A stretch of 64,000 bases of DNA from Octopus sinensis (taxonomy: Eukaryota), in contig NC_042998.1 of the NCBI RefSeq assembly GCF_006345805.1, positions 14,570,001 through 14,634,000 of the forward strand. The letters are read 5' to 3'. The position numbers were made by a program, and so were the translations under genes. Below are positions 11,648 through 25,144 of the stretch, piece by piece. The notes below the pieces were generated by a model. That model searched no databases. It saw only the letters and a program-made list of their open reading frames with translations, and was not told the origin of the DNA. The number at the start of each line of letters is the position of its first letter. The stretch's first letter is position 1.

Positions 11648-11957
11648 CTAGCAGTATCGCCCGGCATTGCTCGGGTTTGTAAGGGAAATAACTATATAAG
11701 CATATTTAGAGAGTTACTTCTCTTATATAATAGCAAAAAATGCATTAAAAATGGGAAAAAATGATGGTAATTTTTTTTTTAAATCGTAGACTCATTGTAG
11801 ATGCGTGCTAATACCCAGAAGGGCTCGATATGAATCACGACTATAAGATACCCGCTTTTGGTTAAATTGCACCGCAAAATGTGGGAGTAGTAGAGTGAGT
11901 AGTTAGGAATCTAAATCGTAGGAGACAGAACACACACTTCACTTTTATATATAAAGA
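11648..11957 (-). mobile_element. Non-autonomous Helitron (subfamily 2)
   Basis: 5' TCTTTATATATAAAAG. 3' hairpin CCCGAGCAATGCCGGG followed by CTAG. Confidence 0.8.
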
Positions 11958-12338
11958 CTAGCAGTATCGCCCGGCGTTGCTCAGGTTTGTAGGGGAAATA
12001 ACTATAAAGCATTTTTAGAGAGTTATAGCCAAAAAATAGCAAAAAAATGGAAAAAAATGATGGTAATTTTTTTTAGAGTTAAAAAGGTGGAGTTGCGTCC
12101 CCTAGACGGTCTGTGGTTTGGGTTTCTGATTCTCGACCCCATGTCGAATTTATCGATTCTTTTCAGAACTGGGGGAACTTTTCAAAATTTTCGCTGCGTT
12201 AGTTTTGAATTATGACATTGGGCTATGTGTGTGTCAAGTTTCATCAGAATCGGTTGAAAGCCGTGGTCAGAGTGAGGGTACAAGAAAACAGACACACAGA
12301 AAAACGCACAGACAAACTGCCGTTTATATAGAGAGAGA
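11958..12338 (-). mobile_element. Non-autonomous Helitron (subfamily 3), directly abutting the previous one
   Basis: 5' A|TCTCTCTCTATATAAAC. The 3' hairpin and CTAG are joined directly to the TC of the 11648-11957 element. About 120 bp of 3' sequence is shared and the 5' part is different. Confidence 0.8.
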
Positions 12339-12362
12339 TATTCTACACAATGCTTCACAGTA

Positions 12363-12393
<31 letters not shown>

Positions 12394-12394
12394 G

Positions 12395-12432
<38 letters not shown>

Positions 12433-12828
12433 ATAAGTGGGCATCTATGTATGCATGTGTGTGTGTATGTGAATGTCTGTCCATATATTCAAATAGGCAA
12501 GTACCTGTTAGTAACTACGTACGCATAATCCCACATTAACGGACGATGGTGTGAATGAGGTGATCAGCCACAAATCGAATTGATTGACAGGTATTTTGAA
12601 AGTAGACCAAAAACAGAATCAGTGTAATAAAGGTATGTGTCAGATCTCGTCTGAAGATATTACAATAAACAACAGTTCGTGGGAGTCCAATTAAAGCCGA
12701 TAGAATTTTCGAGTTTACTTAAAGTCAATATTGCCTGACGACTGACCGAATGGTGAAGAACTGTGTGTGTTTATATGCATCTATGGCTCTCGCACTTTAC
12801 CTACCTACCTCTTTGTCTATTTTTCTAA

Positions 12829-12877
<49 letters not shown>

Positions 12878-14048
12878 CATCTATCTATCTATCTATCATC
12901 TATCTGTTTATTTATCTATCTTTTTTCTGTATAAGTATATATATCTATACAAATGCATGCATATATATAGATAGTTAGCTACATAGATACATAGATAGAA
13001 TGATAGATTGATAGATAGATAGACAGATAGATAGATAAATACATACATACACACACACATTCACATATATATGCATAGGAACACAAAAGTATATACATGC
13101 AAAGCCTTGCCAAATATATTTATATGTATACATACACATACTAGATTACACCGAAAACTTATGTGTGCATATATATATATATATATATAGGCTAGGTTAT
13201 ACCGAAAGTTGATATATATATACACGTACTAAATTGTATAATTATATCGAAAGATCACACACATATATATAAATAAACTTCCGATACAATGTAGTACCTA
13301 TATATATATATATATATATAATATATATATGTATATGTATATATATATACATGCATACATGAACGCATACATACATATACACATACACACGCGTACAAAC
13401 ACACGCATTTTCACGCACACACACATGCACTGACATACACACAAACATAAATACGTAGAGAGGGTGAGAAAGAGTGGGGGTTTTGGGAGAGTGAGTCGGT
13501 GGTGGGGGGAAGAAATCGACAGGTAAATCGGCACAATTAGTTTCGTTATAGACACTGAAGTAGATTGTAGTTTGAACGTTCGTGTCTATAAGTTATTCAT
13601 TAAAATTTTATTAACAATATGTGTGTGATGCGCGTGTGCGTGTGTGTATGTGTGTGACATATGTGTGTGTGTATGTGCGTTTCTATGTGTATATTTCTGC
13701 ATGTATCTATTTCCGTGTGTGTGCGTGAGTATATATATATATATATATATATATGTGTGGTGTGTGTGTGTGTGTGTGGTGTGTGTGTGTGTGTGTGTGT
13801 GCATTTCTATGTGTGATTTGATGCAATTTATTCGGTAGAGGTAGATTAGTGCTCATAACTTTTGCCGGCAAATTCTCGACAGGTGTCGTTATTATTTAAC
13901 CCTAGGTCTTCTCAAGGAGATCAGAGCTATGATCAACTGTTTCCTTACTCTTAATCTTTACGCTTTTCTTTTCTTTACTTATTTTATCTCAACATTGTCA
14001 ATGTTTCCAGTTCTTTCTTTCTTTATACACACACACAAACACACACAT

Positions 14049-14148
<100 letters not shown>

Positions 14149-14159
14149 GGCAGCGACCT

Positions 14160-14529
14160 GATAGAAATGTTTATCGGTATTTCGTCTGCCGCTACGTTCT
14201 GAGTTCAAATTCCGCCGAGGTCGACTTTGCCTTTCATCCTTTCGGGGTCGATAAATTAAGTACCAGTTACGCACTGGGGTCGATGTAATCGACTTAATCC
14301 GTTTGTCAGTCCTTGTTTGTCCCCTCTGTGTTTAGCCCCTTGTGGGTAGGAAAGAAATAGCTGTATTTCGTCTGTCCTTACGTTCTGAGTTCAAATTCCA
14401 TCCGGATCGACTTTCATCCCTTCATCCTTTTGGGGTCGGTAAATTAAGTACCAGTTGCGTAGTGCGGTCGATCTAATCGACTGGCCCTCTCCCCCAAAAA
14501 TTTCGGGCTTTGTGCCTTGACTAGAAAAG

Positions 14530-14530
<1 letters not shown>
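14160..14530 (+). mobile_element. Group B SINE dimer
   Basis: Two consecutive units with the family core and tail. Confidence 0.85.
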
Positions 14531-14571
<41 letters not shown>

Positions 14572-14589
14572 AGCGAGTATGGTAGTGGT

Positions 14590-15125
14590 TCTTCTTCTTC
14601 TTCTTCTTCTTCTTCTTCTTCTTCTTCTTCTTCTTCTTCTTCCAATCAGGACTCACGCCATTAGCCACAAAGAATAATCTCTAATTCGAGCCTACTCTAA
14701 GCTACTAAGAATGCGTGTGGCAACTTGAAGATTCACCTACCACAAGCGATAGACTGGCGGTTGCACGGGAGCGGAAGCTACGTTGTTGTCCTAATTCCGT
14801 AAACGGTGGCTTTTAATGGGTGGAGAGCTGAACTATCCTGGGGTACAGAGGATTCGCAATCTACATTAGGGTCTGAAAGTTTACCACACCATAGTGGTTT
14901 ACACCATGGTTCCTCTGCTTTGTGGCAGAAATAGGAAGAAAGAGTGAGAGAAAGTTGTGGTGAAAGAGTACAGCGGGATTCACACCCCTCGCCACCACCG
15001 GAGCTTCATGGAGCTTAGGTGTTTTTGCTCAATAAACATTCACAATGCTCGGTCCGGGAATAGAAACTGCGTTCTCACGACCGTGAAACCGCTGCCCTAA
15101 CCACTGGGCCATTGCTTCTCCACTG
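14590..15125 (-). mobile_element. Group A tRNA SINE head with a ~290-bp alternative body and a (GAA)n tail
   Basis: The head at 14930-15125 matches 31633. The 3' end matches 688-720. The (GAA)n tail spans 14590-14642. Confidence 0.65.
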
Positions 15126-15280
15126 GTAGTGGTTGTCTCTCCATCGCAAATTGTTAGTCAGAGAGAGAAAGAGAGAGAGGGAGAAACTGTGGAGTATTAC
15201 TAGAGGGGGTTTGGTTGTTTAACCACATGCTAACATACTAACTCATACTAACCCCCACGTTCTCTCTACAGGCACTGCTT

Positions 15281-15311
<31 letters not shown>

Positions 15312-15500
15312 GACACAAAATTTATTCAGCAAACTTTCCATCAAAGGCCTTTTTTCCGTGAACATTCTGCATTTTTTTTCTTTCATTTGCACATGGAATT
15401 ACGAACCACGTAGCTAAGAACACATTTAGGCATTCAGGTCTGACTTGAGGGAGGTTTGTTTGCTATTTCTAGAAGACTTAGCGAACTAAGTATGTACATC

Positions 15501-15664
15501 CTTGTCAGAGTTGCTGAAGCATGGAATAAACTGCCTGCGTCAGTTGTTGACTGCCATGACACTGCATCCTTTAAGGCCCTCATGCTTTCCGAAATCCGCC
15601 GAAACTACACCTGATTATATATACACTTTAGATGAGTTGTAGTGCACCTGAGCACTGTACACAA

Positions 15665-15715
<51 letters not shown>
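15501..15715 (+). mobile_element. CR1-clade LINE 3' end with (ATT)n tail
   Basis: VRVAEAWNKLPASVVDCHDTASFKALML (WN.LP motif), then a short UTR and (ATT)n. Confidence 0.75.
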
Positions 15716-15718
<3 letters not shown>

Positions 15719-16419
15719 CTCCGTGTTTGTAAACGGGCAAAATACGTGTGATTAATGTTACACTTCCAATTTTAAACATCGCACAATCATTGTAAAAGAA
15801 AAAAGGTCCTAGCAAGAATACCACGGAGCTATAATTCTGAGGAGTGGTGAGGCTTGTCGGGTACACATACACACACACACACATATATATATATGAGTGT
15901 ATATGGATACAATTATCCAGGCGGATACAGTTGAAGCTCTCAGGTATACTTCAAGTTACGGCTCAGCTCATCAAGCAGTAATAAACGTCATTGATCGCTT
16001 AGTGTTAGCAATCACGCTATAATTCTACTGACCGGTAACACTCATATATATATATACTCTTTTACTCTTTTACTTGTTTCAGTCATTTGACTGCGGCCAT
16101 GCTGGAGCACCGTCTTTAGTCGAGCAAATTGACCCCACGACTTATTCTTTGTAAGCCTGGAACTTATTCTATCGATCTCTTTTGCCGAACGCTAAGTTTT
16201 GCCGAACTTATTGTGAGCATGTCTAGACGTACAACTATATGCATGAGAAGACATACATAAAGCAAAACATACAAATCTGCACATATACATACATACACAA
16301 ATTCCTTGTTGTTGATGCTGAAATTCCAATGAAGGGACCTTGGATCTAGGTTAGAAACCGGCTCTTTCTGTATTGGCAAGAAATCTTGAAATACAGCTGA
16401 ATAATGACTTCTTAAGACC

Positions 16420-16728
16420 CCCTTCGGTCATGACTGACCGTGGGATTGCACCGAGAAAGTTACCCTCCCAGGCACAAGTCCGGGCAAGGTTGTTTATGGA
16501 AGACCAACAGTCGCCCATGCATACTGGCCTCCCCACTCCACACCACAAGTGTTATCCAAGGGAAAGGCAAAGGGGCCGATACAGCTTGGCACCTGTGACA
16601 TCGCAACTCATTTCTACAGCTGAGTGAACTGGAGCAAAGTAAAATAAAGTGTCTTGCTCAAAAACACAACATGCAGCCTGGTCCGGGATTCGAACTCACA
16701 ACCTCACGATCTAACCACTGAGCCATGC
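16420..16728 (-). mobile_element. tRNA-derived SINE with central gagcaagacacttt...ctccagttcactcagctg domain
   Basis: B-box GAGTTCGAATCCC on the minus strand. The central domain is shared with 17359-17685 and 35885-36120. Confidence 0.7.
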
Positions 16729-16963
16729 ATACATACACAAATAGTTACATGGCTGCAACGTGGCTGTCGCATCTCTATCGTGTACGACAAATATTTTCGC
16801 TTCCTTCGGCTGTCCTTTTGAGACGTAGTGCTTCTATAATGGGATCATGCAATGAAGAAGGTATACACGTATATGGTAAGATTAAGTCTTCACCATCCTG
16901 ACGCCGGGAGCCTTTCGTTGGAAGACGCTGCCGACCAGAGAATGAAGTGATATATGCGTACAT

Positions 16964-17190
16964 AGGCGAGCTGGCAGAATCGTTTGCACGCCGGGCGAAA
17001 TGCGTAGCCGTATTTCGTCTGCCGTTACGTTCTGAGTTCAAATTCCGCCCAGGTCCACTTTGCCTTTCATCCTTTCGGGTTCGATAAATTAAGTATCAGT
17101 TACTAACTGGGGTCGATGTAATCGACTTAATCCGTTTGTCTGTCCTTGTTTGTCCCCTCTGTGTTTAGCCCCTTGTGGGTAATAAAGAAA
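16964..17190 (+). mobile_element. Group B SINE, full unit
   Basis: ggcgagctggcagaatcgtt through gtgggtaataaagaaa. Confidence 0.9.
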
Positions 17191-17358
17191 CGGATATATA
17201 TGTACATAGACACAGACATACTTGCACATACATACATATAAACCTCCAAATATAATCTATACTCACGTACGCACGCATATGCATACACACGTATGTAATT
17301 ACTTACGTACGTACGTACACACATTCCTGCATATGTACATATAAATATGCATACATAC

Positions 17359-17685
17359 TGGCACTCCGTCGGTTACGACGACGAGTGTTCCGGTTGTCCC
17401 GATCATCAGAACTGCTCGCTCCTGAAATTAACGTGCAAGTGGCTGAGCATTCCATAGACATGTGTACCATTGACGTAGTTATCAGGGTGATTGGGTGTGA
17501 TACAGCGTGTACCATAGCTGGCCCTTCGAAATACAGGTACTACTCATTTTTGCCAGTTGAGTGGACTGGAGCAACGTAAAATAAAGAGTTTTGCTGAAGG
17601 GCACAAGGCGCCGACGGGAATCGAACTGGCCACCTTGCGATCGTGAGTCGAATGCCCTAACCACGAGGCTACACGGCTTCACTTA
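17359..17685 (-). mobile_element. tRNA-derived SINE with group A-type tail (cgtcgtaaccgacggagtgcc)
   Basis: The tail matches 31940-32012 and 30965-31095. The head and central domain differ from 31633. Confidence 0.75.
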
Positions 17686-17754
17686 TGCATACATACGAGC
17701 GTACATACGAGCATATGAATATTTACTTATATGGATGATTTAAAGGTAGATATA

Positions 17755-17989
17755 CAGTGATCCTTCGACTATCGCGGGTGTTATGTTCCAAAAAAAAACC
17801 GCGATAGGTGAAATCCGCAAAGTAGAAACAGTACTGTACTGTATATATTTCTTTTTCTTTTATAATTTGTATATATTTATTTTATTATAAATGTAAAACA
17901 CTACCACAGAGGAATCGACGTAACTTTAAATAATAAACCGTGATAGGTAAACCGCGATAGGTGAACCACGGTATGGTGAGAGATTACTG
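17755..17989. mobile_element. Tigger/pogo-like MITE
   Basis: TA|CAGTGATCCTTCGACTATCGCGG ... CCACGGTATGGTGAGAGATTACTG|TA. Imperfect ~23-bp TIRs, TA target duplication and repeated ccgcgataggt subterminal motifs. Confidence 0.75.
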
Positions 17990-18504
17990 TAGATATAAAT
18001 CCTAAAAGATAAAAAATATTTAAGTTGTTTGAGGTATTGGAACTGTCATTCTAGTTTAGCTCCACGTCAGTCATGATTCATCTGGCCTCTTCTCAAAGGC
18101 CTTCCTACCGTGGCCATCCTGATATTTTCTTGTATGAAGGAACTGCAGGTTTTGCATATTCTTTACTAATATGGTATGGTGTGACTTTAGAGACGATCGG
18201 TTGATTCGTTAAACTTGGAAATTCCCGGAAACAACGATTAAAGCTTTCACATCTGGAGTCTGTACAACGCTTTCAAAGAACAATGAGATGCGAGCAATGA
18301 CAGCCAGTCCGGAACAAACTTGGATAAAAACAAAAGGGGTTGAGAATCTCCAGTGACAAGAACAAAGTATTAGAGTAGCGTTAAATTCAGGAAAGTCTGG
18401 TAAACAGAACAAAACAGATGGTGTTTACTAACCCAGCTCTTTGAAAATTACACTTGTGGTGCTTAACTAAAAACTGCTTTCGTTACTGTTATTATTAAGA
18501 TATA

Positions 18505-18726
18505 CTCTTTTACTCGTTTACGCTTTTACTTGTGTCAGTCATTTGACTGTGGCCATGCTGGAGCACTGCCTTTAGTCGAGCAAATCGATACCAGGACTTA
18601 TTCTTTGTAAGTTTAGTACTTATTCTATCGGTGTCTTTTTGCCGAGCCGCTGAGTTACGAGGACGTAAACACAACAGCATCGGTAGTCAAGCGATGTTGG
18701 GGGGACAAACACAGACACACAAACAT

Positions 18727-18778
<52 letters not shown>

Positions 18779-19050
18779 CTTTACTACCCACAAGGGGCCA
18801 AGCATAAAGGGGACAAACAAGGACAGACAAAGGGATTAAGTCGATTATATCGACCCCAGTGCGTAACTGGTACTTTATCGACCCAGAAAGGATGAAAGGC
18901 AAAGTCAACCTCGGCGGAATTTGAACTCGGAACGAAACGACAGACGAAATACGGCTGCGCATTTCGCCCGGCGTGCTAACGTTTCTGCCAGCTCGCCGCC
19001 CTATTCTGCCAGTTTCTGTCTACCAAATCCACTCACAAGGCTTTGGTCGG
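18505..19050 (-). mobile_element. Group C SINE interrupted at its internal microsatellite by a group B SINE (~18777-19003)
   Basis: In order: C tail 18505-18730, (TA)n, a complete B unit, then the C body resumes (cagtttctgtctaccaaatccactcacaaggctttggtcgg). Confidence 0.8.
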
Positions 19051-19099
19051 CTAAGTATTTCGCCCGGCGTGCTAACTTTTCTGCCAGATAGCTGCCTTC

Positions 19100-19870
19100 A
19101 GAAATGATTATTAAAATAACAAGTTAAAGCGGTGAACTAGCAGAATCGTTAGAACGCCGGACAAATTGCTTTTTCTGGCATTACGTGCTGAGTTCAAATC
19201 CCGCCAAGGTCGACTTTATTTTGCATTCCTTCTGGTTGATGAAATAAGTACTAGTTAAAACATTCGGGTTCCTGTGATCGAGTGTCCCCTCTCCTAAAAT
19301 GTCAATCTTTAAGCCTATTATAGAGAGGATTATTAAAGCAGCAACTTAAGTCGGCGATTTAGCGGAATCGTTATCACGCCGGCAAAAATGCTTCGCAGCA
19401 TTTCCTCTGATATTACGTTCTGAGTTCAAATCCTGCCGAGGCCGACTTTACCTTTCATCGTTTCAGGATCGATAAATTAAGAATCACCTAAGCAATGAGG
19501 TCGATGTAATCGATGTAACCTCTCCCTTGAAATTGTTGGTCTCGTGCCAGAATTTGAAGCCATTCTAAAGACGTCAATCAGGTAGATTTGTTTCGAGTGT
19601 CGGTAAAATCCCATGTGTTATTTTCCCTGGCTTTTTTACGTTCTAGGTTCAAATTTCACCGAGGTCAATGGATGCTTTCAGCCTTTCGGTGACGATAAAA
19701 TAAAGAATCAAATCAATAACTGAGGCCAGTGGTATCGGCTAAACACTTTCACTCCAAAATTACTGGACGGTGGATTGGCAGAGTCTGTTGAGCGTCGGAC
19801 GAAAATACCTAGTGACGTTTGTTCTGAATTTTTACGTTGCAAGTTGAACTCCAGGCAAGTCCAGTTTTTA
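19100..19870 (+). mobile_element. Older, degenerate tandem group B-related SINE units (about four)
   Basis: Repeated diverged cores such as gagttcaaatc..gccgaggtcgacttt..ctttcat..gataaa. Confidence 0.65.
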
Positions 19871-19929
19871 CACTTACATTCATCATTTGTTTGTCTCCTC
19901 TAGTTACTTATTTATTTTCTGTGTGTGTT

Positions 19930-20150
19930 ATATATATACGTGCATATATATATAAATAATAATAATATTTTTATTTATACATATATATATATAAATATAT
20001 ATATATTATTTATATATATATATATTATATAAATATATATATATATTTATTTATAATATATATAAATAAAATATATATATATTTATTTATATATATATAT
20101 ATATATCAATATATATATATATTATTTATATATATATATATAAATATATA

Positions 20151-20192
<42 letters not shown>

Positions 20193-20750
20193 TATATTTA
20201 TTTATATATATATATATATATAAAGATATATATATATTTATTATATATATATATATATATATATTATTTATTTATATATATATATATATTATAAATATAT
20301 ATTATATTTTTATATATATATATATATATAATATATATATAATATTATATATATATTTATTTATTATATATATATATATAAATATATATATATTTTATTT
20401 ATATATATTATATATATATATATAAATATATATTTATTTATATATATATATAAATATATAATATATTTATTTATATATATATAATTATAATATATATATA
20501 TATATATATTTATTTATATATATATATTTATTATATATATTATATATAAATATATATATATATTTATTTATATATAGTATATATATAAATATATATATAT
20601 ATTTATTTATTATATATATATAAATATATATATATATTATATATATATATATATATAATATATATATATATTTTTTTATATATATATATATATAATAAAT
20701 AGATATATAATTTATATTATATATATATAGATATATAAATATATATATAT

Positions 20751-20790
<40 letters not shown>

Positions 20791-20900
20791 TTATTTATAT
20801 ATATATATATATATATTTATTTATATATATATATATATATAGTTATTTATATATATATATATTATATACATATATATATGTATAACATATACATATATAT
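19930..20900. repeat. ~1-kb almost pure A/T microsatellite-like tract
   Basis: (TA)n interrupted by TTTA/AAAT, with very few G or C. Confidence 0.95.
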
Positions 20901-20906
20901 GTGTGT

Positions 20907-20937
<31 letters not shown>

Positions 20938-21816
20938 CAATGCTGGCTGCTTTATTGTCAGTGTGTTTTACTACGTTTTTTTTATTTCTTATTTCGTTAT
21001 TCTGGTTTTTTTTACTTTTTTATTTAGTTTTATTTATTTATTTATTTATTTTTTTTTTTTTTTTGGTTTGCTATTATAAGAAATTATTGTTTAGTTTTGA
21101 AGTAAGAAATTAATATTGAATTTTTTCCCCCCACCATTATATCAGGTAGGAGGGATGTGTGTTACCACAGTGTTTTTAATTTCATTTCTGACTGCCAAAT
21201 ATTTTATTATGAAATATTATGGAATAATATAATGATTTTATTTCCAACTGCCAAATGTTTTGTTATAAAATAAGGAACTGCGAGTTTACAGCTTTCAAAA
21301 TAACATTCATAGCGATAAATATTTATATATTGATAAATTTAATTCAATGTTTTTTTTCCGTGTCTCTTTATTTTTATTTTACATTTATTTATATGTTGTT
21401 TTTTTTTGTTTTTGTTTTTTTTATTTTATTTTATTTTATTTTTAGTTTTCAAGTTTTCGTCTTATTGTTGATGCTGTTGTTGTTGTTGAGGTTTCCGATG
21501 CTTTTAAGGTGTCGCTGTAATGGGTGTGGCTATGAGTAGTTTTGAGTTTGTATGCATGAATGTATGTACGTGTGTGTGTGGTGTTGTGTGTGTATACACT
21601 TACACAGAAAGAGAGGGAGAAAGTGAGAAAGTGAAGCACTGATGGACGGTCAGAAAGGAGGTAAGCAAGACAGGAAAAGAAAGAATTGCATATATATATA
21701 TGTATATATGTATATATATATAGATATAGATATATGTATATATATATATATGTATATATGTATATATATATATATAGATATAGATATATGTATATATATA
21801 TAGATATAGATATATG

Positions 21817-21865
<49 letters not shown>

Positions 21866-22831
21866 GTAGATATAGATATATACATGCATACATATACATA
21901 CATATATGTATAGATATATATCTGTGCGTTTATGTGTGAAAAAACATTTACACACACACATACGTATGCATGTATTTATATACGCGTATATTTGTATACG
22001 TGTGTATATACATTAAAGATAAATATGTATATATATATATATATATTAACATATATATGTATGTATACATTGTATATATATATATGCATATATATATATA
22101 TATATGTATATATATGTATATATATATATATATGCATATATATATATACACACACACACATATATATATATATATAATATGAATAATGTTTCATTTTGAA
22201 TAGATATACTTTTGATATGTATACACATAGAGTTTGCAGGCATACATAGATATATGAGTGCGTGTGTGTAAACCTATATATACACATATATAGTCCGTGT
22301 GTGCGTGTGTATGTATACATATTATGCATGTTATATAACATGTAGATGTCGGTACGTACATATGTTTTGTATGTATGCATATATTTTATTTATCGTATAT
22401 GTATATATATATATAATATAATATATATATATAATATATATTATATATATATATATATATCAAAAAGTAAATCAATATTCAAATAAAACCTATATATACT
22501 ATATATACATATAAACAAAAACTATTCTATACCTGAATGTGTGTACGTACGCGTACATATGTACTATGTGTAACACACGTACACTCATATATGTGTTTGA
22601 ATGTCTTTATGTATGTACGTAAGAATGGGACTTGTTTGCATGTATGAGTATGTTTATATTTGTGTAGTCTCTATTTTAAAATGTTAACAATACAAATGTT
22701 TGGCAGACGCCGTTATTGTCTTCATGGCATACCTGTTGATTTTCTACATTTTCTGAAACCTCTGAGTAACAATGTATGAGCTTTCAGATAATGCAAAAAT
22801 AATAGACTGTTCTATGTCTGTCGCTTCATTT

Positions 22832-22867
<36 letters not shown>

Positions 22868-23836
22868 TCCGTCTTTCATTTTACTTTTCTTTGTGGTCGA
22901 TTGTGCTAGAGTTATATCTTGCTATCTGTCTGTGTATGTATTTGTATAGTTTGTTTTTTCTTCTTTCGTTTTTTAGTTTAGTTTCTGTGAGGTGTATATA
23001 AATGGTTCAACTACGAAATTCCTGGCTGAATATTCTCGGTGAATTTTCTTTCATTCTATCTCGCTAGCACAACAATATCTAGGATTATTGAATAACGGAA
23101 AACCGTTAGAATTAATAGTGAAATCTCCCTCAAATCACACCCTATTGATTTTATAAAACGTAAAACGCATTAGGCAATGGAGGCATACAAAAGTACAGTC
23201 TTAAAAAGGAAAGAGCACACGAACATCTAGTCTGTGATATTGAAAAAAAGGATATGAAACAATCGCGTTTGAACATGGCGATGCTCGTTCATAGCTGATA
23301 TGGGTTGTAGACAGCAACAACAAGCATTAGAAAGATGACTTAGATAGAATGAATCTATACCTGTACCATTCTTGTCTTTCTTTTCTTGTGTTTGTTTCCC
23401 ATTTTCTTTATATTTCTGTTTTTTTCTTTACTATCAGTCTCTTACCAGCATTAGTTCGCTAGGGTTCATTAAAACATAGCTGTTGCTTCTATCTGTTCTC
23501 AGGTTAGCTCTGCTCGAAGAAACATATGATCAAAGGCGTCCCAACCATGGCTATCCTGCTTTTTTAAACTTTTCAAACATTGTATTCAGTATATTTCTAG
23601 GATCATATTAACCGGCTTATCCTTCGGCTATTTCTTCTTTTTATTAAGTAGTTCGGGCTTAGTTTAGGGAAAACTTGACTGTTACATTTAGCAGATCGTA
23701 CCACTCCTTTGAAAATGTTTTTTTGCTGCTTCAGTCACAATACAGGATGAGCCAAAAGTCACGCACAAAATAAGTTGAATACGCTCCGGAATTGTCAGAC
23801 ATGTTTCAAATTTTTTAAACTTGAATAAAGTAAATA

Positions 23837-24345
23837 TTGGGTTATCCAGAAAGTTCGTGCCGATTTATAGTAGCTTACCTATAAAATAGGATTTGATTAC
23901 ACCACCATTTAGAGCGCAGTTTAAGCTATCTTTTTGTGGAAGAAGGTTTATGTTCTTATAACCTGTGTTAATTCTGTAACCCTTTAAAATGAAAGATGAG
24001 AAAGTTCATTTTCGGCATTCGGCACTTGATGCTTTGGGAACAAGACAAAAATTTCTGCAACTCCAGATATTGCTCCTTCGGATCTCCACTTATTCAGGTC
24101 TCTGCAGAATAATCTTAATGGTAAAAATTTCAATTTCTTGGATGACATAGAAATATACCTTGATGAATTCTTTGCTATGAAATCACCTCAATTCTGGGAA
24201 GAGGGTATTTTCAAGTTAAAGGAAAGATGGAGACGCATTGTGCAACAAAATGGTTCATATTTGGGTGATTAAAAATGTAATGGCAAGTATTAGTTGACCT
24301 TTATCTTTCCTTTAAAAATCGGCGCGAACTTTCCGGACAACCCAA
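23837..24345 (+). mobile_element. Internally deleted mariner transposon
   Basis: TA|TTGGGTTATCCAGAAAGTTCGTGCCGATTT ... AAATCGGCGCGAACTTTCCGGACAACCCAA|TA TIRs. Remnants are MKDEKVHFRH and PDIAPSDLHLFRSLQNNLNGKNF...KLKERWRRIVQQNGSY (SPDLAPSD motif). Confidence 0.9.
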
Positions 24346-24414
24346 TAAAATAAAGGTAAATACACTGGTACTTGAGCATGATGAACAAAATGAATAATAA
24401 CAATAATAACGTTG

Positions 24415-25085
24415 TCACAAGGCCAGCAATTTCGGGGGAGGAGCAAGTCAATTGCATTGACCTCAATGCCCAACTCGTACTTTATTTTATGGACCCCGAA
24501 AGGATAAAAGGCAAAGTCGACGTCTGCAGAATTTGAACGCAGAACGTAAAAACCGTCGAAATACCTATTTCTTTACTACCCACAAGGGGCTAAACACAGA
24601 GGACAAACAAGGACAGACAAACGGATTAAGTCAATTACATCGACCCCAGTGCGTAACTGGTACTTAATTTATCGACCCCGAAAGGATGAAAGGCAAAGTC
24701 GACCTCAGAACGTAACGGCAGACGAAATACTGCCAAGTATTTCGACCGGCGTGCTAACGTTTCTGCCAGTTCGCCGCTTTCAGGGATAATAATTATAACC
24801 ATTATCGTTTCTACTATAGGCACAAGACGTGAAATTTGAGAGGAGGGGATCGACCAAAGGGATTCACTGGTACTTAATCCTTTCTACTAAACGCGCAAAG
24901 CCTGAAATATTGGGGGAGGTGTTAAGTCGATTACATCGACCCCTGTATTCAACTGGTACTTATTATATCGACCCCCGAAAGGATGAAAGGCAAAGTCGAC
25001 CTCGGCGGAATTTGAACTCGAAACGTAGTAACAGATGAAATAACTCTGAGTATTTCGTCGAGCGTGCTATTTTGCCAGCTCCCTG
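24415..25085 (-). mobile_element. Tandem array of group B SINE units
   Basis: Reverse-complement family core repeated at least three times. Confidence 0.85.
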
Positions 25086-25102
25086 CCTTTAATAATAATA
25101 GC

Positions 25103-25144
<42 letters not shown>

